This document shows positions 45,821-53,662 of a stretch of 64,000 nucleotides of DNA, in pieces. Every line of letters begins with the position of its first letter. The first letter of the stretch is position 1. The stretch spans positions 1,148,641 to 1,212,640 of the forward strand of contig OZ242183.1 of assembly GCA_965205925.1 (NCBI GenBank), given 5' to 3'. This DNA comes from Candidatus Poriferisodalaceae bacterium (GTDB lineage Bacteria > Actinomycetota > Acidimicrobiia > Acidimicrobiales > Poriferisodalaceae). The position numbers were made by a program, and so were the translations under genes. Below the pieces are notes generated by a model. It saw nothing but the letters and a program-made list of their open reading frames with translations, made no database searches and had not been told where the DNA came from.

Positions 45821-47248
45821 GTGACACTCAATATTCATAACACTGCTACACGCACGAAAGTGGCGTTTGAACCGCGGGTAACCGGGGAAGTGTCAATGTA
45901 TGTGTGCGGTCCGACGGTCTATGACGTGCCGCATTTGGGCCACGGACGCACCGCACTGACTTATGACGTCATCCGGCGTTATTTGACCTGGCGCGGGTTC
46001 AAGGTGACGCTGGCTTCAAACATCACCGACATCGACGACAAGATCATTGCACGTGCCATAAAAGAAGGCCGTAGCGAACCGGAAGTAGCCACCGAATTCA
46101 CAGCAACCTATGACCGAGAGATGCAACGACTGGAGGTGTTAGCACCTGACAGCCGTCCGCATGCCACGCAGTTCATCGCGCAGATGTTGGAAGTGATAGG
46201 CCAGCTGATTGAACAGGGCGTGGCCTATGCGGTTCCTGAACGTGGTGTGTACATGTCTGTTGAAACGGTGCGTGACTACGGCCAGTTAGCTGGTCGTAGC
46301 ACTGACCAGTTACTGGAAGACGCGGGCAGTCGAGTGGAGATTGATCCGCACAAGCGCTCCCCCCTGGACTTTGCTTTGTGGAGAGCAGCTCAAGAGAGTG
46401 AACCAGCGTGGGAGACACCGTGGGGGAGAGGCAGGCCGGGTTGGCACACCGAATGTGTGGCTATGTCATTGGCGGCGCTCGGTGAGGGTTTCGATATTCA
46501 CGGTGGTGGTGACGATCTTGTGTTTCCACATCATCAAAATGAATGGGCACAAGTGCAGGCACTCGGGCAAGAGTTCGCGCGCTACTGGGTACATAGCGCG
46601 ATGGTGAACGTTGGTGGGAAGAAGATGGCAAAGTCCGTGGGTAATTTCACCAACCTGTCCGAAGCGATCGACGAGGTGGGCCCGCGAGCGGTGCGAATGG
46701 CAGTGCTGCAAACGCATTACCGCAAAGCCATGGAGATGGATACCACTTCTTTGAGGGCGGCCGCGGCAGCCGTTGAACGACTAGATGCGTTTGCCCGTCG
46801 TGTAGCCACCGCAGCAGGGTTTGATGCGCTAGGTGACGCTGACCCAACTCAACTTGACTATGCCGAGCTAATGAAGCGTTTTACAGCAGCTATGGACGAT
46901 GATTTCGCCACTCCCACAGCGGTTGACATTGCCTTTAGCGCCATACGTAAGGTGAACGCCGACTTAGATCTCAGTGCTCAAACCGGCAATGCTCTTGACG
47001 CTGCTAGTAGCACGGTGCAAGCAGCACAGGCTGTGATCGACATTTTCTCGGTGCTTGGACTAACGGCGGCAACCAATGCTGGGCAAGATGGCTTAGCCGG
47101 ATCTGAAATTGAGCGTCTTATCTCAGATCGCGAACAAGCACGGGCCGATAAAGATTTCGCCAAAGCTGATGACATTCGTGACGAGCTGGCTGCGGTCGGA
47201 GTTGTGATTGAGGACACACCTGCTGGTACAAGCTGGAGGCACGCATGA
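45821..47248 (+). CDS. cysS: Cysteine--tRNA ligase
   Basis: HLGHGRT (HIGH), KMAKS (KMSKS), and the WHTEC zinc site. Start placed at GTG 45821. Confidence 0.9.
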   Translation: MTLNIHNTATRTKVAFEPRVTGEVSMYVCGPTVYDVPHLGHGRTALTYDVIRRYLTWRGFKVTLASNITDIDDKIIARAIKEGRSEPEVATEFTATYDREMQRLEVLAPDSRPHATQFIAQMLEVIGQLIEQGVAYAVPERGVYMSVETVRDYGQLAGRSTDQLLEDAGSRVEIDPHKRSPLDFALWRAAQESEPAWETPWGRGRPGWHTECVAMSLAALGEGFDIHGGGDDLVFPHHQNEWAQVQALGQEFARYWVHSAMVNVGGKKMAKSVGNFTNLSEAIDEVGPRAVRMAVLQTHYRKAMEMDTTSLRAAAAAVERLDAFARRVATAAGFDALGDADPTQLDYAELMKRFTAAMDDDFATPTAVDIAFSAIRKVNADLDLSAQTGNALDAASSTVQAAQAVIDIFSVLGLTAATNAGQDGLAGSEIERLISDREQARADKDFAKADDIRDELAAVGVVIEDTPAGTSWRHA

Positions 47249-48069
47249 CCAGATCAACCAGCACTGGATCAAAAACCTCCGGTTTCTTGGAGCTTGAAGA
47301 GCACGGAGCCGACACGTACTTGGGTGAGAGTCCGCAATATGAGTGGGGTCGTATCTATGGCGGGTTAGTAGTTGCGCAGGCACTGCGGGCGGCCATGAAC
47401 ACCGTCGACAGCGTGGGTCACATCGTGCATTCCCTGCACGCATATTTCATCCTTGGCGGCGACCCCAACGAACCAGTTCGCTACGAGGTAGCGCGCCTGC
47501 GAAATGGCCGCAGCTTCAGTACGCGTCAAGTTGTGGCGCGCCAAAGCAGCGGAGCCATCTTGAACTTGTCTGCTTCATTTCAGCGCCCCGAACAAGGACC
47601 TGACATCTCCACTAGCGCCTTAGCGACTGCTGTTAAAACACCCGAAGAGCTTGAACCAATCGACTGGGGTTTAGGCATGGATGCCCGCACAGAGCTTGAA
47701 AGCACGGATCCACCACGACATCGGTCATGGGTGCGCTACACCGAACCCATCTCAGATGATCCGGCCGATCATTACGCGGCTTTGGCCTATTTATCGGACG
47801 TCAACGCAATGGATTCCGTGATTACTGCACACCCGGTACAGCGAGGTGATCGCCATTGGGATGACGTCTACATGTCGGCGTCATTGGATCATTCCATTTG
47901 GTTCCACCGCGAGGTTCGCGCTGATGAATGGTTACTGTTTGATATGCGGCCGAATCAAATCATCGGCACGCGAGGGCTGGCAACCGGTGATGCGTTTACG
48001 CAATCGGGTGCGCTGGTGGCGACAATCGCTCAGCAAGGTCTGGTACGTCTTCGACCTTCGGCTAGCTAG
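47245..48069 (+). CDS. tesB: Acyl-CoA thioesterase II (TesB-like double hotdog)
   Basis: RIYGGLVVAQALRAA, LHAYFILGGDP, RNGRSFSTR, and DHSIWFH. Confidence 0.8.
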   Translation: MTRSTSTGSKTSGFLELEEHGADTYLGESPQYEWGRIYGGLVVAQALRAAMNTVDSVGHIVHSLHAYFILGGDPNEPVRYEVARLRNGRSFSTRQVVARQSSGAILNLSASFQRPEQGPDISTSALATAVKTPEELEPIDWGLGMDARTELESTDPPRHRSWVRYTEPISDDPADHYAALAYLSDVNAMDSVITAHPVQRGDRHWDDVYMSASLDHSIWFHREVRADEWLLFDMRPNQIIGTRGLATGDAFTQSGALVATIAQQGLVRLRPSAS

Positions 48070-48911
48070 CTATCACCAGCGCCGCGGCGTTTGATCCAAT
48101 CGTCAATTAGCCAGCCTGCTATGGACATTCCACCACGTGGACACGGCGGCAGGTTGTCGACGGTGAACCAATCGGCTTCAACTATTTCCTCTTCAGCGAT
48201 AACTATTTCGCCGCTCACCCAATCGCACTTAAACCCGCACATGAGCGAGTGCGGGAACGGCCAAGGCTGGCTGCCGAAGTAGCTGATGTTGGTTACTTCA
48301 ACACAAACCTCTTCCATTACCTCGCGTGCGACGGCGTCTTCCAGGCTTTCACCTGGTTCAACGAACCCAGCCAATGCGCTGTAAAAGCGTCCAGGAAATT
48401 GCCTACCCCATGCCAGCAATGCTTGCTCGCCCCGCTCAACTAAAACAATCATTGCAGGACTAAGTCGCGGGAAAGCCAAATGCTGGCAGTTGCTGCAGAG
48501 TTTGCCCCGGTCTGAAGGGTTTGTCTGTGTGGGTGCTCCACATCGGCCGCAGAATTGATGCGTCCGTTCGTAGTGAACGATTTGTTCGGCGCGACCTGCG
48601 ATTTGCCACTCTTCATCGACGATGCGTCCGTAAAGCTCTCGCAATCGAATTGGCTCAAGGTCGCTAGCATCTAACAGGTCTTTGGCACTGCTTGCGTTAG
48701 CGGAGTCGATCGGATCCGCGAGGTCAAGAGCCCAAACACCAATTCCGTCAAGCACTCCGAGAAAGATGGGTGTCGCTTCGGGAGCTGGTGATTTAGCACT
48801 GCGAAGCAAACCGTTACCCGATTCGACATACACGACGCCCTCTTGCACTGGAATCCACACGCTGTTGCTACGGTCAAGGTTGTCGGCTGGTTGGGTTTGA
48901 AGTGTGAACAC
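48066..48911 (-). CDS. nudC: NADH pyrophosphatase (NudC, Nudix + zinc ribbon)
   Basis: CGRCGAPT...CSNC zinc ribbon and a Nudix box GFVEPGESLEDAVAREVMEEVCV. Confidence 0.85.
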   Translation of the reverse strand: MFTLQTQPADNLDRSNSVWIPVQEGVVYVESGNGLLRSAKSPAPEATPIFLGVLDGIGVWALDLADPIDSANASSAKDLLDASDLEPIRLRELYGRIVDEEWQIAGRAEQIVHYERTHQFCGRCGAPTQTNPSDRGKLCSNCQHLAFPRLSPAMIVLVERGEQALLAWGRQFPGRFYSALAGFVEPGESLEDAVAREVMEEVCVEVTNISYFGSQPWPFPHSLMCGFKCDWVSGEIVIAEEEIVEADWFTVDNLPPCPRGGMSIAGWLIDDWIKRRGAGDS

Positions 48912-48922
48912 TGTTGAGAGTT

Positions 48923-49624
48923 CTAGCGCTTGGCGGGTTGCACCTGCCGAACAACGGTGACAACACGTCCGTAAATGTTGACTTCGGATCGTTTGTGCTT
49001 GGTTGATTCAAAGGCGGGGTTTGCCGCTTCAAGCCAGACGGTATTACCGCGTGATCTATAACGCCGCACTACTGGTTCAGAGCCTGCAACTACCAGATCG
49101 CCGTTGGCTATTAGCTTGCCGTTAGCAATTTTGACAGTGCCGGTGGAGGTTGTTGAAGTCACTACCAAGTAGTCACCGTCCAAGATGCCTGCATCGATCA
49201 TTGAGTCATCGTTCATTCGCAGCATTATGAGTTCACCATCGCCAGTGAGGTCGGCTGGCAGCGGATACAGGGCTTCGACGGCGGCCGTGTTCGCTTTGTT
49301 CTTGCCTGCTTTGTTTTTGGTGATGCTGGCAAGGTCAGTTGTGTCACTGACAAAAGGCACATGACGCGTCGGTCTGCGCTCGCCACGCATTCCTGACTGC
49401 CAGTCGAAGTTAACTCGCAGTGCGCGCAGTGAAGTTTTGTCTCGTTGTAGCCATCCGTTTTCTTGCAGCCGTTTCAGGTGGTAGTGCGCGCTGGAAGGTG
49501 ACTTGAGGTTTACGGCCTTGCAGATCTCGCGCACAGAAGGTGGGTAGCCGCGACGACGTGTTTCAGCATCTATGTATTGCAGAATCTTCCGCTGCTGCTT
49601 GGTGATCTGGGTGTGCTCAGACAT
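48923..49624 (-). CDS. lexA: LexA-family repressor (S24 peptidase domain; Arg at the catalytic Lys position)
   Basis: The wHTH N-domain reads QQRKILQYIDAETRRRGYPPSVREICKAVNLKSPSSAHYHLKRLQENGWL. The S24 domain reads LRMNDDSMIDAGILDGDYLVV...VVRRYRSRGNTVWLEAANPAF. Confidence 0.85.
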   Translation of the reverse strand: MSEHTQITKQQRKILQYIDAETRRRGYPPSVREICKAVNLKSPSSAHYHLKRLQENGWLQRDKTSLRALRVNFDWQSGMRGERRPTRHVPFVSDTTDLASITKNKAGKNKANTAAVEALYPLPADLTGDGELIMLRMNDDSMIDAGILDGDYLVVTSTTSTGTVKIANGKLIANGDLVVAGSEPVVRRYRSRGNTVWLEAANPAFESTKHKRSEVNIYGRVVTVVRQVQPAKR

Positions 49625-49679
49625 GGCGTGTTCTCAGTGTTTACGGTGTTTTCATGTGGCGGTACGGGGATGTCTGTTC

Positions 49680-50405
49680 TCAGGGTCTCACATAGCGCAG
49701 ATAGAGGTAGTCATCTTCGGTGGCCAGCTGAGTTAGCTGAAACGCGTGTGGTACGAGATTCATCGGTGGAGTACTTGGTGGAGTAGTAGCTGGAGTAGTA
49801 ACCACCGTTTTGGCAAATATCGGTGACACAGTCAGGTTGATTTCGTCTACTAGATCATGAGCAAGTAGCTGAGCGCTCAACGAGGGGCCACCTTCGCACA
49901 GCACGGTCTCGACACCCATCTGGCCAAGTTCATCCAAGGCGAAAGCAAGATCAACGGCTGTGTTGGCTTTACTTGTGCTGACCTCACTTGTTGAGCTATC
50001 TGCGTAACCGGCGTTCAAGATCGCTGGCGCTGGATCACCCAATGAGGTCAAAGAGCGAAACGGTACGAACGGCGGGGTTATCTCGCTTTGCAGCCCTGCT
50101 CTCGTAGAGGTTCCATTAGAGCTAGATCTGTTTGAGCCAGTGACAACGATTGGCAGCCGATCTTGCGATCCGCGCAAGGGCTCGAACAAAGCAGTACCAA
50201 CAAGACGCTGCGGCGATGAACTAACCAGCGCTAAACGCGGTCCATTTTCGGGCCGGTTGTAGCTCTCAGCTTCGGCGGTTTTGCGACCAACCAACAAAAC
50301 ATCAGCATGTTGACGTAAGGCAAGCAGCAGAGATTTATCCACAGAGTTTCCCAGAGGTCCTGATACACCGTCAATGCTGAAGCCTCCTCCGAAGCTCATG
50401 ATCAT
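49680..50405 (-). CDS. RibD C-terminal domain / dihydrofolate-reductase-like reductase family protein
   Basis: DVLLVGRKT and LCEGGPSLSAQLLAHDLVDEINLTVSPI. Start set at ATG 50405 (MIMSFGGG); the upstream 69 codons of the ORF look non-coding. Confidence 0.6.
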   Translation of the reverse strand: MIMSFGGGFSIDGVSGPLGNSVDKSLLLALRQHADVLLVGRKTAEAESYNRPENGPRLALVSSSPQRLVGTALFEPLRGSQDRLPIVVTGSNRSSSNGTSTRAGLQSEITPPFVPFRSLTSLGDPAPAILNAGYADSSTSEVSTSKANTAVDLAFALDELGQMGVETVLCEGGPSLSAQLLAHDLVDEINLTVSPIFAKTVVTTPATTPPSTPPMNLVPHAFQLTQLATEDDYLYLRYVRP

Positions 50406-50581
50406 GTTCGTAAACAGCCACGGACGGCGCCCACCGCGATGACTATCTGAGTGACGTTTCCGCGATCCTGGCGGGCCGGCTTGCTGTGGCAACGGTTCCC
50501 AGCTAGCAAAGGACTCCACGTCAATCTCGCATGGTGGCCCAGGCAATAAGCGCTGCACGCAACAAGCTTGCCAGCAACGTT

Positions 50582-50603
50582 CTGTGCACAAAACTATGCA
50601 CAG
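50582..50603. promoter_or_regulatory. Perfect 7-bp inverted repeat in the nrdJ leader (candidate operator)
   Basis: CTGTGCA-N8-TGCACAG, immediately upstream of a possible -35 TTGCGC (50605-50610), a 17-nt spacer and a -10 TATGAA (50628-50633). Confidence 0.25.
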
Positions 50604-50683
50604 CTTGCGCATAAGTTTCTCGTACCTTATGAAGCAACAGCGACTTGCTTGAAGCGCACACGCAACCCCTAATGTGACACGAC

Positions 50684-53662
50684 ATGGTTACTACTTCACC
50701 TGCCAGCGTTTCCGTTGAAACCGCGCTTGGTTCCCTAGGGCTAAAGCACCACTTCACGCGCCCAGGGAAAGATCCTTACGACTCCGTTCGTTGGGGTTTG
50801 CGAGACGCAAAAATCACTAACCATCAGGACGGCTCGATTGTCTTTCATCAAGAAGACGTCGAGTTCCCACAGAGTTGGAGCGTCACCGCGGCCAACATCG
50901 TGACGCAGAAATATTTTCGCGGAACGCTCGGCACACCTGAACGCGAACACTCCCTACGACAAGTGATCGACCGTGTCGTCAACACCATTAAGCAGTGGGG
51001 GATTGACGATGGCTACTTCGACGAAGACGAGAGCGTGATCTTTGCCGCCGAATTGCGATGGCTGCTACTACACCAGCGAGTTGCGTTCAACAGTCCGGTT
51101 TGGTTCAACATTGGTGTGCCCGATGTGTCTCAACAAGCTTCGGCTTGTTTCATCTTGGCAGTCGAAGATCGCATGGAGTCGATCCTCAACTGGTACGTAG
51201 AAGAGGGTCGTATCTTCAAGGGTGGATCGGGGGCGGGCATCAACCTGTCGGACATCCGTGGCTCTCAGGAAAAAATAGAGGGCGGTGGTGAAGCCAGCGG
51301 CCCTGTCAGTTTCATGCGAGGAGCTGATGCATCAGCAGGCACCATTCGCAGTGGAGGAAAAACTCGTCGTGCCGCCAAGATGGTTTTGCTGGACATTGAT
51401 CATCCCGATGTTGAGGCGTTCATCTGGTGTAAGGCGCGCGAGGAGCGTAAGGCTCGCTCGCTAGCACAGGCAGGGTTTGACATGAGCCTCGACGGCGAGG
51501 ACATCTTCTCAGTGCAGTACCAAAACGCAAACAACTCGGTGCGTTTATCTGACGAATTCATGGCCAGCGTGGAAGCTGGCGACACTTGGGATTTGAAGGC
51601 ACGCACTACTGGCCTACCTCTCAAGACCTTGCCTGCGCGCGATCTGTTCAGTCAGATTGCAGCGGCGGCCTGGGAATGTGCTGATCCTGGTGTTCATTTC
51701 TCTAGCACCATTAACAGCTGGCACACCGCCCCCAACACCGGGCCTATCACTGCTAGCAACCCATGCAGCGAATACCTGCATCTAGACAACTCAGCTTGCA
51801 ACCTGGCCAGCATCAACCTATTGCCGTTTGCAGGCAAGCCAGCCGACCCCGAGTCGGCTAGTACAGCGCCGATCTTCGACGTCGCAGGTTTTGAATCTGC
51901 GGTACGCGTTACGTTTGTGGCGCAAGACATTCTTGTTGGTCGAGCGGACTATCCAACACCGAAGATTGCTGAAACCTCCCATCGTTTTCGACAGCTCGGG
52001 TTGGGTTACACCAACTTGGGAGCGTTACTGATGTCGTTTGGCGTCCCATATGACTCCGCACAGGGGCGCAACCTGGCTGCAGCTGTGACGGCTTCTCTGT
52101 GCGGTCAGGCCTACGCAACTTCGGCTGATCTAGCGGCCCGTTTAGGGCCGTTCGAAGGTCTGGCTGAAAACGACGAACCAATGGTTGCCGTTCTACGGCA
52201 ACATCAAGCTGCGCTGGGTCGCATTGACACCAAACAGCTCGACTTAGCGCAGGCTGGTGTTGATCAGACCGATACAGCGGTAACTACTGATCTACTGGAT
52301 TCGGCTAAGCGAAGCTGGCAGCATGCAGTAGAAGGATGTGTAAGCCACGGAGTTCGTAACTCTCAAGCAACCGTTATCGCACCTACCGGCACAATCTCGT
52401 TCATGATGGATTGCGATACCACCGGCATCGAGCCAGACCTTGGTCTGGTGAAGTACAAGAAGCTGGTGGGTGGTGGCGACCTCACGATCATTAACCAAAC
52501 ACTGGTTTCAGCGCTAGCGCGCTTGGGTTATGACTCACAGCAAATAACAGACATCGAAGCGCACGTGCTTGAGCACGGCAGCATCATCAACGCACCAGAT
52601 CTGTCGCCTGAGCATCTACCAGTGTTTGCATGCGCCATAGGCGAAGGTGCGATTAGCCCAGAGGGACACATTCAGATGATGGCAGTCTGTCAGCCGTTCA
52701 TTTCTGGAGCCATTTCAAAAACTGTAAATCTGCCGGAATCAACCTCGGTAGCCGACATAGAAGATCTGCTGATGCTGTCCTGGCGCAGAGGTCTGAAATC
52801 GGTTGCGATCTATCGCGATAACTGCAAAGTGGCCCAGCCGCTATCGACTGGCGCAACTACTTCAACCACTTCAACTACTTCAACCACTTCAGCCGGTTCG
52901 GCCGAAGCATTAGAGCCGGTTGTCGAAGCAGGCTCATCTGTGGTGTCCACCATTGCCGCACGCGTTAGCGCTGCCAGCGCTACGCCTTCGCGTGAGCGAA
53001 TGCCTCGCACACGTACGTCACGCACCTTGTCGTTTCGAGTTGCCGACTGTCATGGCTATATGACCGTGGGTGAATTCGCCGATGGCCGCCCTGGGGAAAT
53101 ATTTCTCACTGTTGCTAAACAGGGCTCCACGTTGGCCGGAATAATGGATTCTTTGGCTATTTCTGTTAGCCACGGCTTGCAATATGGGGTGCCATTACGT
53201 TCTTACGTTGAAGCATTTGTGAATGCGCGTTTCGAACCAGCCGGCATAACCGATGATCCGCAAATTCGTATAGCGAGCAGTCTCGTTGACTACATATTCA
53301 GGCGGTTAGCTCTTGAGTACCTGCCTTTTGATGAGCGCCGCGACCTTGGGGTGCTTTCAGTGGATGAACGTTCCGAACCAAACCTGCCAGGCTTGGAGAC
53401 AGCGATGGTGGAGACATCGATTGGTGCTGAGATAGCACTAGATCCACTGCAAGACGTTGGATTGGCATACGGAAATGGCGGCCAAAACGGCACGACAAAT
53501 GAATACAAGTCAACGGTCGTGCAACAGGCTTTGCCGGTGAGAGCTCCGGCGAGCTTGGTTAGCTCTGACGCACCCTTGTGTATGAGCTGCGGGGATCAGA
53601 TGTTGCGAGCGGGCTCATGCTTTGCTTGCCCTTCCTGTGGAACTACTAGCGGTTGCGGTTAA
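50684..53662 (+). CDS. nrdJ: Adenosylcobalamin-dependent ribonucleotide reductase, class II
   Basis: 992 aa with NPCSEY (active-site Cys/Glu region), TISFMMDCDTTGIEP, and a C-terminal CxxC...CxxC zinc finger (CMSCGDQ..CFACPSCG). Confidence 0.9.
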   Translation: MVTTSPASVSVETALGSLGLKHHFTRPGKDPYDSVRWGLRDAKITNHQDGSIVFHQEDVEFPQSWSVTAANIVTQKYFRGTLGTPEREHSLRQVIDRVVNTIKQWGIDDGYFDEDESVIFAAELRWLLLHQRVAFNSPVWFNIGVPDVSQQASACFILAVEDRMESILNWYVEEGRIFKGGSGAGINLSDIRGSQEKIEGGGEASGPVSFMRGADASAGTIRSGGKTRRAAKMVLLDIDHPDVEAFIWCKAREERKARSLAQAGFDMSLDGEDIFSVQYQNANNSVRLSDEFMASVEAGDTWDLKARTTGLPLKTLPARDLFSQIAAAAWECADPGVHFSSTINSWHTAPNTGPITASNPCSEYLHLDNSACNLASINLLPFAGKPADPESASTAPIFDVAGFESAVRVTFVAQDILVGRADYPTPKIAETSHRFRQLGLGYTNLGALLMSFGVPYDSAQGRNLAAAVTASLCGQAYATSADLAARLGPFEGLAENDEPMVAVLRQHQAALGRIDTKQLDLAQAGVDQTDTAVTTDLLDSAKRSWQHAVEGCVSHGVRNSQATVIAPTGTISFMMDCDTTGIEPDLGLVKYKKLVGGGDLTIINQTLVSALARLGYDSQQITDIEAHVLEHGSIINAPDLSPEHLPVFACAIGEGAISPEGHIQMMAVCQPFISGAISKTVNLPESTSVADIEDLLMLSWRRGLKSVAIYRDNCKVAQPLSTGATTSTTSTTSTTSAGSAEALEPVVEAGSSVVSTIAARVSAASATPSRERMPRTRTSRTLSFRVADCHGYMTVGEFADGRPGEIFLTVAKQGSTLAGIMDSLAISVSHGLQYGVPLRSYVEAFVNARFEPAGITDDPQIRIASSLVDYIFRRLALEYLPFDERRDLGVLSVDERSEPNLPGLETAMVETSIGAEIALDPLQDVGLAYGNGGQNGTTNEYKSTVVQQALPVRAPASLVSSDAPLCMSCGDQMLRAGSCFACPSCGTTSGCG
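52856..52891. repeat. In-frame 9-nt tandem repeat (A[C/A]... ACTACTTCA/ACCACTTCA x4) inside nrdJ
   Basis: Encodes TTSTTSTTSTTS in the linker before the C-terminal domain. Confidence 0.85.

Noticed and set aside
50406-50612. N-terminal 69 codons of the 310-aa ORF (Cys/Arg/Pro-rich) as part of the RibD_C-like protein
   Set aside because: The composition is unlike the rest of the protein. The conserved domain starts right after Met70/Met72, so this is probably an open frame by chance within the nrdJ/ribD-like intergenic region.
50406-50683. Cobalamin riboswitch or tandem NrdR boxes in the nrdJ leader
   Set aside because: There is no B12-box-like core. The best NrdR-box fit (GCACAAAACTATGCAC) mismatches about 6 of 16 consensus positions and has no properly spaced partner. 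Only the raw inverted repeat is reported.
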